In this document: piece after piece, positions 23,849 to 32,493 of the stretch
Layout of the letters: each line of letters starts with the position of its first letter
How positions within the stretch are numbered: position 1 is the stretch's first letter
Assembly: GCA_016208745.1 (NCBI GenBank)
Contig: JACQXN010000017.1
Span: forward strand, 1 to 54,499
Origin: Candidatus Portnoybacteria bacterium
Lineage (GTDB): Bacteria > Patescibacteriota > Minisyncoccia > Portnoybacterales > GWB1-42-6
Length of the DNA: 54,499 bases
Direction of reading: 5' to 3'
Made by a program: the position numbers and the translations under genes
The notes under the pieces: generated by a model
What the model saw: only the letters and a program-made list of their open reading frames with translations
Databases searched by the model: none
Told to the model about the DNA's origin: nothing

Positions 23849-24317
23849 TTTTACCTCCTTCTTTAAATAACTTGTTTCTTATTCTCTTGGGCCAACGCAG
23901 AAATTCCAACGGCGGAGCTCTATACTTCAACTTTTCCGGCCAAAATTGATTAAGGAACGCGGGCAATGATTCGCCAACCTGCGTTTTGCGGCCGCTATCA
24001 ATAATAATGTGGGTAGCATATGACAAAAGCGGCAAAGGATTCTTAAGAATCAAACTCGTGACAACCACCGCACCTAAGGCGTAAGGCGTATGCATCCGAT
24101 ATTCAGCCAACGCCATATTTTCAATATCGCCGCTTAAAATTTTTCCGGCTCTTTGAAGTGTTAAATGATCGGCAAAATCCATCAAAAATCCGCAAAAAAT
24201 CACCGAGAAGAGAATCAACGTGTTTTTGCTAAAAAAGGTGATAGGCTTATGAAAACGCCACGAATAAACCGCAATTGGCAAAGTCGCTGCCGCGTGAATT
24301 AAAGGCCCAGCCATCAC
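23841..24317 (-). CDS. Hypothetical multi-pass membrane protein (possibly a DUF457/YdjM-like metal-dependent hydrolase)
   Basis: Hydrophobic protein with conserved-looking His/Asp positions (DFADH, HIIIDS). The assignment is weak. Confidence 0.35.
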   Translation of the reverse strand: MMAGPLIHAAATLPIAVYSWRFHKPITFFSKNTLILFSVIFCGFLMDFADHLTLQRAGKILSGDIENMALAEYRMHTPYALGAVVVTSLILKNPLPLLSYATHIIIDSGRKTQVGESLPAFLNQFWPEKLKYRAPPLEFLRWPKRIRNKLFKEGGKSG

Positions 24318-24416
24318 AACCCTCCTTTTTTCTAATTGTCTTAAAACCGCAAGAAACTCATAGCTTCTTCCTGCTTCTCATGCAGGGACGCTGATGATTA
24401 TTTGGATGGGCGCACC

Positions 24417-24450
24417 CACCCCGTTAGATAATTTTATATCTAACGGGGTG
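24417..24450. repeat. Perfect 13-bp hairpin caccccgttagat / atctaacggggtg
   Basis: Member of the 'ccccgttagata' family. Confidence 0.7.
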
Positions 24451-24542
24451 AGGGTGAATTTACGCTATTTTAATGCCCTTATTTAGTTATCAAAGTTCAA
24501 AAACGTTAGAGTATTATAGAGCGCTTCTGCGCAAAAATCAAC

Positions 24543-25658
24543 TTATTTTAGATCTTCGTAAATTCCCGATATCTCCTTCCCCATCTTTTCCCAAGAATAT
24601 TTTTTTATCTGCTCATAGCCGGCCAATACTAATTTCTGCCGCAAAGACTCATCTTCTAGAACCTGCCTTATTTTTTGAGCTATATCTTGAGGATCTAAAG
24701 CGTCAAAATAAACCGCGGCTTCACCTAAAATTTCTGGCAGACAGCTGGCGCCAGAAGAAACCACCGGCACGCCGCAAGCCATTGCTTCAAGCGGCGGCAA
24801 ACCAAATCCCTCGCATAAAGACGGGAAAACATAAAGGCTGGCATTCTGAAAAAAAGGCATTAAATTTTTGTCTTCCACAAAATCAGCAAAAATAATTTTA
24901 TGCTTTATGGTTGGAAATTTGTCCGCCGCAAAATCTTTCAGCCGATGATAAAAATAGTCTATCTCTCCAACAAAAATCAAGCGCAATTCATCCGCTCTAT
25001 CCGCCAGAATTTGAAACGCCTCAATCAATCGTTCTAAGTTCTTGTGCGGATAAGCATTGCCCACATAAAGCAAATATGGTTTTTGAAACTTATCGCGGCT
25101 AACCTTTGATGGATTCGCTATGACAGCGGGGCTGCCTTCATAAATTACGTCTATTTTCCCTTGCTTAACTTTGTAAAATCTCAAAATATCTTCTTTGGTA
25201 TGATTTGAAACCGCGATAATCTTTTTTGCTTTCTTGATAGCAAAATAAATTACGAATCTGTAACTTAAATTTTTTACCCAATATTTAATCAACGACAGGG
25301 TGCTAGCCCGCCGCGTAGGAAACTGCCGTAAAATTAGATCATGAATTGTCACCACAAATCTGCCAAAATAAAAAATCGGCACATTAAAATGCGGAAAATG
25401 CATTAGATCAACTCGCGCCCAATAAAGCTTAAAGGGGAACAAAATCTGCTCAGCCAATGAATACCAAGGATAATCAGCCATAGTCTTTTTGAAATTAGGG
25501 AATTTGGGTTGGTATAAATCCCAATTTTCTTGGCGCAGAAAAACCACATACTGATTTTCCCGATCAATTTCTTCCAGCGCCTCAATTAATTTTTGAGTAT
25601 AACGGCCCAATCCTTTGTTCCTTAATCCAAAAAATCGGGCATCAATGCCAATCTTCAT
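24543..25658 (-). CDS. Glycosyltransferase family 4 (GT-B)
   Basis: The C-terminal EGFGLPPLEAMACGVPVV motif is typical of GT4/RfaB-like enzymes. Confidence 0.8.
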   Translation of the reverse strand: MKIGIDARFFGLRNKGLGRYTQKLIEALEEIDRENQYVVFLRQENWDLYQPKFPNFKKTMADYPWYSLAEQILFPFKLYWARVDLMHFPHFNVPIFYFGRFVVTIHDLILRQFPTRRASTLSLIKYWVKNLSYRFVIYFAIKKAKKIIAVSNHTKEDILRFYKVKQGKIDVIYEGSPAVIANPSKVSRDKFQKPYLLYVGNAYPHKNLERLIEAFQILADRADELRLIFVGEIDYFYHRLKDFAADKFPTIKHKIIFADFVEDKNLMPFFQNASLYVFPSLCEGFGLPPLEAMACGVPVVSSGASCLPEILGEAAVYFDALDPQDIAQKIRQVLEDESLRQKLVLAGYEQIKKYSWEKMGKEISGIYEDLK

Positions 25659-25663
25659 ATTAT

Positions 25664-25742
25664 TCCCTCCTTTTTAAAGGAGGGCTAGGGAGGATTTGTG
25701 TCTTTCTAAAAATCCTCCTTAATCCCCCTTTCAAAAAGGGCG
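25664..25742. repeat. GGAGGG/CCCTCC hairpin repeat plus a second hairpin, upstream of the GT4 start
   Basis: tccctcctttttaaaggagggctagggaggattt, then aaaaatcctcc...cccctttcaaaaaggg. Confidence 0.7.
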
Positions 25743-25748
25743 ATTTTA

Positions 25749-26900
25749 TTATGCGATCAAAAATTCAAGCGTCTCCTTTGCGCATTTGTCCCATGAAAAT
25801 AATTTAGCCCGATGAAACCCTCTTTCAATTAACTCTTCTTTTAATTCCGGATCTGCTAAAACTTCGTTTATCGCCCAAGCTAATTCCCCGATGTTATATG
25901 GGTCAATCATTAAAGCGGCGTCACCGACAACTTCGGGCAAAGAAGAAGTATTAGAAGTAATAACCGGCACACCGCAAGCCATCGCCTCAAGAGGTGAAAA
26001 ACCAAAACCCTCAAAAAAGCTCGGATAAACAAGAAGCGAAGCCAAATCATATAAATAGACCTTATCTTGGGTCTCAATAAAACCAGTAAAAATAATTTGC
26101 GAAGCGTATCGGCAATTTCTTGCCGCCTGGAAGATATCCTCGCAAAGCCAGCCTTTGGCGCCAGCGATCACCAGATAGAAATCTTCCAATTGACTATTTT
26201 TTCCCTTTGCTAACTCAAAGGCTCTAATCAAGCCCGCGATATTTTTCCTTGGCTCAATCGTGCCAAAATATAAAATAAATTTATCTGGCAAATTATATTT
26301 TTCTCTTATTTCCAAAACGCGCTCCTCGGGCATAGTATTATTTAAATCTTTAAGCTCTTTATCAACGCCCGAATAAACAACTTTGATTCTTTCCGGCGAA
26401 ATCCCGTATAAATCAACCAAATCCTGCTTAGTTGATTCTGAAACCGCAATAATTTTATCGGCTTTTTTTGCTTCGGCGCGAGCATTCATTAAAAACCTCT
26501 GCCAAAATCTTTTGCGCCAAGAAAAAAGCTCCGGATGATACTTAAAAGACAAGTCATGAAAAGTTACAACCTTTTTGCAATTTGAACCAACCGGCGCAGT
26601 GAAAAAATGAGGGCTAAAAAATATGTCCGCGCCATTAATCAGCTTATCGATTTTTGGATAATTAAGATACTTGGTTGAGATAAATAAAAAACGGTTCGGG
26701 ATTCCAAATTCATACAACTTAACATTAGGCAAAGAAATCCAATCATAATCCAATTTGATTTTATTGTATGCATTGAAAAAAAGCTTAAAATTTATATTCT
26801 GATCCAATCTTAAAAGCCGGGACAGAAGATTTATTGCATATTCTTCTACCCCGGTCCTTGTGCCGCGAGTTAAAACTCTGATATCAATTCCAATAGTCAT
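25749..26900 (-). CDS. Glycosyltransferase family 4 (GT-B)
   Basis: EGFGFSPLEAMACGVPVI motif. The start is set at the internal ATG (MTIGIDIR...), which overlaps the upstream Wzz-like gene by 17 nt. Confidence 0.8.
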   Translation of the reverse strand: MTIGIDIRVLTRGTRTGVEEYAINLLSRLLRLDQNINFKLFFNAYNKIKLDYDWISLPNVKLYEFGIPNRFLFISTKYLNYPKIDKLINGADIFFSPHFFTAPVGSNCKKVVTFHDLSFKYHPELFSWRKRFWQRFLMNARAEAKKADKIIAVSESTKQDLVDLYGISPERIKVVYSGVDKELKDLNNTMPEERVLEIREKYNLPDKFILYFGTIEPRKNIAGLIRAFELAKGKNSQLEDFYLVIAGAKGWLCEDIFQAARNCRYASQIIFTGFIETQDKVYLYDLASLLVYPSFFEGFGFSPLEAMACGVPVITSNTSSLPEVVGDAALMIDPYNIGELAWAINEVLADPELKEELIERGFHRAKLFSWDKCAKETLEFLIA

Positions 26901-27489
26901 TTTCTTTGAATAGAACAAGCGTGATGGCGACAAACGCCCCGCCAACAAAAGCAATAAAGCCATTAAAGATAAAATTCGCCTGATTTTTTGAAATTATCGG
27001 CTCGCCAACAATAATTGTAAAAGTTGTGTCAGAAAAACGACTGGCATTTTCAGTTTTTTCCTTTAAAACAGAATCCAAGGCTCTAGAGATTTTACTGGCA
27101 TCGTCAGCCTTGGAAACTTTAAAATTCACCTCAATATATTGGGGGGCCATTTTTTTAGCCTGCAAGGCTTTAGGTATTTTGCGCCAAGAATTATTATTCT
27201 CCCCAATATCGGCTTCCTTGTAAACTGAATTTGTAACTTCCGGACTTTTTATCCATTGCGAGAGAGTATCGCAAAAATCATTAGCTGCCTTGATGCTGTA
27301 ATAACCGTCATATTGATAATCTGCGGTTGCCTGACTAGATTTACTAAAAACAGAAATGGCCAGCGAAACATTATATCCTCCGCTTCTTAACCAAGAAAAT
27401 CCCAAAACCGCAATAATAACTAAAATCGTAAAAATTATTATAAACGCTGAACTTTTTTTAATAATGAAAAATAATTTTTTAAAATCCAT
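26884..27489 (-). CDS. Wzz-like polysaccharide chain-length determinant (two terminal TM helices)
   Basis: An N-terminal and a C-terminal TM helix flank a soluble domain, and the gene sits in a glycan locus. The assignment is by architecture. Confidence 0.5.
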   Translation of the reverse strand: MDFKKLFFIIKKSSAFIIIFTILVIIAVLGFSWLRSGGYNVSLAISVFSKSSQATADYQYDGYYSIKAANDFCDTLSQWIKSPEVTNSVYKEADIGENNNSWRKIPKALQAKKMAPQYIEVNFKVSKADDASKISRALDSVLKEKTENASRFSDTTFTIIVGEPIISKNQANFIFNGFIAFVGGAFVAITLVLFKENDYWN

Positions 27490-27526
27490 GATATTGTTTC
27501 TTGATTAATAATAACTATAACAATGA

Positions 27527-28633
27527 CTAATGAAAAGAGTTTTTATATTCTTTCCATTCCCCCTCCACAAAATCTTTAATCTTTCGTTTAAAGATTTCTT
27601 TATCAAACTGCAAAGCGTGCTCCCTAATTTTTTGAGGATTAAATTCCAAAGACTGAAAATGGATAAGCGCTTTAATTAAAAAATCGGTCTTCTGCTCTTT
27701 AAAAAATATTCCTGTTTCTCCCTCTTTGATTGTTTCCAGCGCCCCACCAGCTCCAAATGCGATAACTGGCCGGCCAGAAGCCATCGCCTCAATAGGAGTT
27801 ATGCCAAAATCCTCTTCCTGCGGAAAAATAAACGCCCGGCATTTGGCGTAGAGATCTCTTAAAACCGCATCAGAAACCAGTCCCAAAAATTCGATTGTTG
27901 GACCAGCAATGTTTTTTAATTTTCTAAATTCCGGCCCATCGCCGACAATTTTTAACGACCAACCTAAATGATTAAAGGCGGAAATAGCCAAATCGATTCT
28001 TTTATAAGAAAGGAGGCGGGAAACAATCAAAAAATAATTACCAGCAACAGGAGAAAGGTAAAAAAGATTTGTTTTAATCGGCGGATGGATAACAAATGAT
28101 TCCTGTTGATAATATTTTTTGATACGCGAAGCGACAAATCGAGAATTAGCAATATATTTATCCGGCCTGTCAGCTGCTGCCTGATCCCAAATCCGAAGAT
28201 AATTCATAAAAAATGGAATGATTTTTCTGATAAAAACCGGGTAGCCGAATTCTCTAACATATTTATGGCTATCATCCCAGGCATAGCGCGTGGGCGTATG
28301 ACAATAGCAAATATGCAAAGCTTCCGGCTTTGATATTATGCCTTTGGCGAAACTGGAAGAATCGGAAATAATTAAATCGTATTTTGAAAAGTCAAACGAT
28401 TCAACGCCAAGGGGCATCAACATTAAAAATGGCCGGTGATGCGACTTAACAAAAGGTATTTTTTGCAAAAAAGAAATCTTTATTTTCCGGCTTTCAAAAG
28501 CGCCGCCCGTACGTTTTTTATCATAGATCAAAGTAAAAATCGGCGCCTCTGGCCAAATTTCACAAAATGCCTCAAGAACCCTCTCCGCCCCTCCGTATTG
28601 GTTAAGATAATCGTGGACTAGTGCGACACGCAT
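27527..28633 (-). CDS. Glycosyltransferase family 4 (GT-B)
   Basis: EDFGITPIEAMASGRPVI motif. The start ATG at 28633 has no SD (see the 53-bp repeat finding). Confidence 0.8.
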   Translation of the reverse strand: MRVALVHDYLNQYGGAERVLEAFCEIWPEAPIFTLIYDKKRTGGAFESRKIKISFLQKIPFVKSHHRPFLMLMPLGVESFDFSKYDLIISDSSSFAKGIISKPEALHICYCHTPTRYAWDDSHKYVREFGYPVFIRKIIPFFMNYLRIWDQAAADRPDKYIANSRFVASRIKKYYQQESFVIHPPIKTNLFYLSPVAGNYFLIVSRLLSYKRIDLAISAFNHLGWSLKIVGDGPEFRKLKNIAGPTIEFLGLVSDAVLRDLYAKCRAFIFPQEEDFGITPIEAMASGRPVIAFGAGGALETIKEGETGIFFKEQKTDFLIKALIHFQSLEFNPQKIREHALQFDKEIFKRKIKDFVEGEWKEYKNSFH

Positions 28634-28635
28634 AA
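28583..28635. repeat. 53-bp perfect direct repeat, copy 1 (first 17 codons of the GT4 gene plus 2 nt)
   Basis: ctccgcccctccgtattggttaagataatcgtggactagtgcgacacgcataa is identical to 28766-28818. Confidence 0.9.
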
Positions 28636-28765
28636 GTTGATATTATATCTTACCACTCTTTGGGCGGAGACAGGAAGGGGTCGGGGAAACTGGGTTCCCC
28701 GTAGCGGGAATATTAAAACCGAGGGGTTTTAAGGAGCGCAGCCGACTGAAAAGGAGGCGGAGCGA

Positions 28766-28818
28766 CTCCGCCCCTCCGTATTGGTTAAGATAATCGTGGA
28801 CTAGTGCGACACGCATAA
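28766..28818. repeat. 53-bp perfect direct repeat, copy 2 (183 nt upstream, in frame, carries the SD)
   Basis: Identical to 28583-28635 and preceded (minus sense) by ggggaggggaagcgttattt-ATG. Confidence 0.9.
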
Positions 28819-28843
28819 ATAACGCTTCCCCTCCCCATAGCGA

Positions 28844-30232
28844 TTAACAAGCCGACTGATCAGTAAACATCACAAAAATTGTTTTAAAAAGAATTTTGAT
28901 GTCTAAATTTAGCGACCAGTTTTCAATATAATAAGTGTCTAATTTTACTTCCTCTTCAAATTGCAGATCTGAACTGCCGGAAACCTGTGCAAGTCCTGAC
29001 ATGCCCGGCTTTATGGCTAATAATTTTCTGTGATGCCGCTGGTATTGAGCAATCTCATCTGGTTGATGCGGCCTGGGACCAATAAGAGACATGTCCCCTT
29101 TAAAAACATTATAAAATTGAGGAAATTCGTCTAAACGATGTTTTCGTAAAGTCCTGCCCAATTTTGTTATGCGCGGATCGTCTTTCATCTTAAAAAGCGG
29201 GCCGTCTTTGCGCTCATTAAACTGCATCAAATCAACTTTTAACGTTTCTGCATTTTCAACCATTGATCTAAATTTAAAAAGATCAAACTCTTTTCCTTGC
29301 GATACTCTTTTTAATCTAACAAAAACTGGTCCCCTTGAATCTAGTTTGATTAAAATAGCAAGCAGCAAAAAAACCGGTGAAAGCAAAATCAAACCAATCG
29401 CCGAGCCTAAAATATCAATAGCCCTTTTATAAATTTTCCCCCAGCCATCAAGCGCTGTCCGCTTAAGCTCAATAATTGGCACTGCCGCCAATGTGTCAAT
29501 CTCAATATTAGTTGTCAGAGTTTGAAAAAGATTGGGAACAAATTTGAAATTTAAACGTTTGTCTTCACAAAAATTGACTAATTCCCAAACGTCTTCTCTG
29601 GGAAAATCCGGATTGGCTAAAATTATATCGTCAATCATTGGATTGCCAGTTGCTGCCTCTACCTCTGACATATTAATACCAGACAATTTTTTAACAATTC
29701 GATAGCCAAGGCCGGGCCGCTTCTCTATTTCTTCAATAATATCCTGCGCCACTTCATCATTCCCGATTACTAAAACACTATGGGCTCCAACGCCGTATTT
29801 AACAACTAAAAATCTTTTTATTTTCCTGACTGAATACCGGCCCAGCGATACAAATAAAATTGAAATCGCCCAAGCCGTTAAAATAATAAAGCGAGAATCA
29901 AAAAATTCGCCGCTGACAAAAATATAGACGATAATTATCATGACCCCGGCTGAAGAAGCAATGGCAATGCGCAAAAATTCTCCAACGCCTTTAAGCCGGC
30001 TTTTTATGGTATATAGGCCAGCCAGCGCAAAAACGGCCAGCCAAACTAATGCCACTATTAAAACCAACCCAAAATATCTTTCAAATGGAAGATTTATGGT
30101 GAAAAGCACTGGCCGCCATTGAGCCACAAAATCGCTGGTTCGCAAATAATAAGCTGCCAGACCAGCCAAACCAAGCATCAAATAATCCACCGGCACCAAT
30201 ATCCCCTTAAAAATAAGTTCCGAACGCTTCAT
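28844..30232 (-). CDS. Polyprenyl-phosphate sugar phosphotransferase (WbaP/EpsB-like initiating transferase)
   Basis: N-terminal TM helices and the C-terminal 'bacterial sugar transferase' domain (GPLFKMKDDPRITKLGRTLRKHRLDEFPQFYNVFKGDMSLIGPRP). The start is set at the internal ATG MKRSEL. Confidence 0.85.
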   Translation of the reverse strand: MKRSELIFKGILVPVDYLMLGLAGLAAYYLRTSDFVAQWRPVLFTINLPFERYFGLVLIVALVWLAVFALAGLYTIKSRLKGVGEFLRIAIASSAGVMIIIVYIFVSGEFFDSRFIILTAWAISILFVSLGRYSVRKIKRFLVVKYGVGAHSVLVIGNDEVAQDIIEEIEKRPGLGYRIVKKLSGINMSEVEAATGNPMIDDIILANPDFPREDVWELVNFCEDKRLNFKFVPNLFQTLTTNIEIDTLAAVPIIELKRTALDGWGKIYKRAIDILGSAIGLILLSPVFLLLAILIKLDSRGPVFVRLKRVSQGKEFDLFKFRSMVENAETLKVDLMQFNERKDGPLFKMKDDPRITKLGRTLRKHRLDEFPQFYNVFKGDMSLIGPRPHQPDEIAQYQRHHRKLLAIKPGMSGLAQVSGSSDLQFEEEVKLDTYYIENWSLNLDIKILFKTIFVMFTDQSAC

Positions 30233-30340
30233 ATATAAGCGTATTTTAATGCTTTTTAGCAAAAAATTCAAATAAAAAAGCGGCTGAACCAATCATTGTT
30301 GTACAAAAGATTCAACCGCTGTGTTGTGTTCTAAAAGAAA

Positions 30341-31594
30341 TCAGGGCCGGGTGATGAGCGTCCATCTTCGCTCAGGCCGGAGCCACTGAAGCGCGTTTCG
30401 AACATCATCCATCGTGACGCGTTCTTTGTCTTCGCCGATTTCCGCCAGCGAAATGATCCTATGATGATCAGCTAAATCGTCAAGCGCGCCATCGCAGACG
30501 CCTTTACCCGTTGGGTCAATCATGAAGTTGCTCGCAAGACGGCGCCGCTTAACCCGCTCAAACAAATCTTCACGATCTTCTATTGAAGCGATGCGGACCT
30601 CTATGACTTCCTCAATGTCGTCCAACGCCTTGAGCGCGAGCGCGCCGCAGTTAATTGAAAATTCGTAAAAGTGCCGGAAATTGTGTTGCGAACTATCAAT
30701 GGCATAGGCCCAAGCCCGCCGTTCTCGTACCTCTTCATTAAGAACCTTGTCAAACATTTCTCTTAAGATATGAATTACTTGATCGTTGATATTGCCGGGG
30801 ATTTTTGCAACGCTCCTGTAAGCACCGACTTCAAGCGGGGTATTAATATGCTTTGAAATTTCAAAGACATAACGAGTCTCTGAAGGCAAAGCCAGATCAG
30901 TTGCAGGAATTGGGAGCAAAGTCCTTAATCCTTTCTTGCTCTTCGCGAACGGACTTTCAGAAATAAGTTCGACAAGTTCTTGTAACTGCATACCGCCTAC
31001 GCCGACGATGCTCATGTTTGCAGGCGTGTAGTGCGTGTCGTAATGCGCCTGCAATTCTCTCTGTGTGATTCGCCTAACTGATTTAAGATTCCCGAGCGGC
31101 CGAACGAATCTTTCAAGCCAAAAGCCAGAGTAAAGCGCTTTGCGCTCGCGCATAGCCAAATCAAGCTTGGGCTTGACCGGATAATGACGGTGAAACTCGC
31201 CAATGATAACTTGGCGTTCGCGCTCAATGAATTTTTTAAGCTCGGCTGAAAGCAACATGTGCCCAAACATCGAAAAAGCTCTTGCGAGAATCGGTTTGTC
31301 TATTGGCACAAAAAATCGGTAGCGCGTGTATGAATAGTCAGTCGTGCCAAAGTCGACCATCCCGCCGCAGTCTTCAAAAAACGCGTCCATGTCCTTTTTT
31401 GGAACGGTAGCATTTTCCGAAACCGAATGTTCGATAAAGTGCGATAATCCTTCAAGCCCGACTGGATCTTGTTCGGCTCCAGTATGAACCAGAAATCCCA
31501 TAGCTTCCCATGGACGCCCTGGCCAATGAGCCGCATGAACCGTCAGACCATTCGGCAATATCGCCGATTGAAATTCAACATACGGATCCCACAT
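30341..31594 (-). CDS. M16-family (insulinase/pitrilysin-like) zinc peptidase
   Basis: Inverted zinc-binding motif HxxEH (HFIEH). The DNA is visibly more GC-rich than its surroundings. Confidence 0.7.
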   Translation of the reverse strand: MWDPYVEFQSAILPNGLTVHAAHWPGRPWEAMGFLVHTGAEQDPVGLEGLSHFIEHSVSENATVPKKDMDAFFEDCGGMVDFGTTDYSYTRYRFFVPIDKPILARAFSMFGHMLLSAELKKFIERERQVIIGEFHRHYPVKPKLDLAMRERKALYSGFWLERFVRPLGNLKSVRRITQRELQAHYDTHYTPANMSIVGVGGMQLQELVELISESPFAKSKKGLRTLLPIPATDLALPSETRYVFEISKHINTPLEVGAYRSVAKIPGNINDQVIHILREMFDKVLNEEVRERRAWAYAIDSSQHNFRHFYEFSINCGALALKALDDIEEVIEVRIASIEDREDLFERVKRRRLASNFMIDPTGKGVCDGALDDLADHHRIISLAEIGEDKERVTMDDVRNALQWLRPERRWTLITRP

Positions 31595-31676
31595 AGAAAA
31601 GCCCCCTTTCTTTCGATTTTTTAGTTTGGAAATAACTAATAATTCTATAACATAAAAATTTAATTATGTAAAGGAT

Positions 31677-32094
31677 TTGCTATTATAAGCCGGGTTCTGT
31701 ACTGGGAGTCATCTGTCTGGGCCTGACATTACTGCCAAGCTCGAGCGATCTACTTTTCTCTATGAGATCAAGCTTGTCGCCTCATAGGTTTGATCTTGCA
31801 TCCAGTAAGGATTTAGCCGTTTCATTCCGATGTTACCATCGGCCCTATCCGCCTTAACGACGGATACATCAGTCCTTTCGGACATCAGCGTTTCTGTTCG
31901 CACCTCGTCCCGCCGCCTGAAGGCGACGCGGAGACGGCTGTTAGCCGCTACTTTTTTATCCCGCATAATGCGGGAGGAAGCCCGGACTTTCCTCCCCTCA
32001 CCACTTTTATAAAAAGCGGTGGAGAGCGACTCCTGCCTACTTGCCCCCACGCCTTTTAAGGCGTGAGAAGCTTGGATTATTTATAGAATAGCAA
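31677..32094 (-). ncRNA. rnpB: RNase P RNA (bacterial type A); ends approximate
   Basis: The minus strand carries the universally conserved gaggaaagtccgggct (31979-31994) and acagaacccggcttat (31684-31700). P2-like pairing ggagtc/gactcc and candidate P1 ttgctatt/aatagcaa are present. Confidence 0.85.
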
Positions 32095-32127
32095 AAGTAT
32101 ATGAATAAGTCAAGCCCGGAACTTCCG

Positions 32128-32256
32128 TTATTCATTTTTCTCTTCCAAAAGCTCCATTGGCTGGCCACAACAAACTAGCTCGCCATCTCCTGCTTCCAAA
32201 ACCTTAACCACATTGCCGCAAATATTGCATTTATATATTTGTCCAACTTTAGTCAT
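32128..32256 (-). CDS. Desulforedoxin-like small iron-binding protein (42 aa)
   Basis: Own translation gives [42 protein letters not shown]. The CxxC...CC spacing and sequence match desulforedoxin / the desulfoferrodoxin N-domain. It is below the ORF-track size cutoff. Confidence 0.7.
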   Translation of the reverse strand: MTKVGQIYKCNICGNVVKVLEAGDGELVCCGQPMELLEEKNE

Positions 32257-32273
32257 ATTTTTATTTTAATTAC

Positions 32274-32476
32274 TTTGAATTACAAAATTCGTCAAAACAC
32301 GCTTTTTTGTCATCCCGTTGAAAAACGGGATCCAGACGCCGTCCCCGCGAAAACGGGGATCTATACCAGCTTACTGGATTCCGGCTGGAGTTTACCCTCG
32401 GTCTAGATTCCTGCTTTCGCAGGAATGACAGAATCGGGGCCGGAATGACAGATGAATGAGTTTCGTAATTTAGGAT
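32274..32476. mobile_element. MITE-like composite hairpin island E2 with the same termini as E1
   Basis: tttgaattacaaaattcg ... gagtttcgtaatttaggat. The interior consists of hairpins tcccgttgaaaaacggga, ccccgcgaaaacgggg and attcctgctttcgcaggaat plus ggaatgaca words. Confidence 0.6.
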
Positions 32477-32493
32477 AATTATTAACCTACTGC

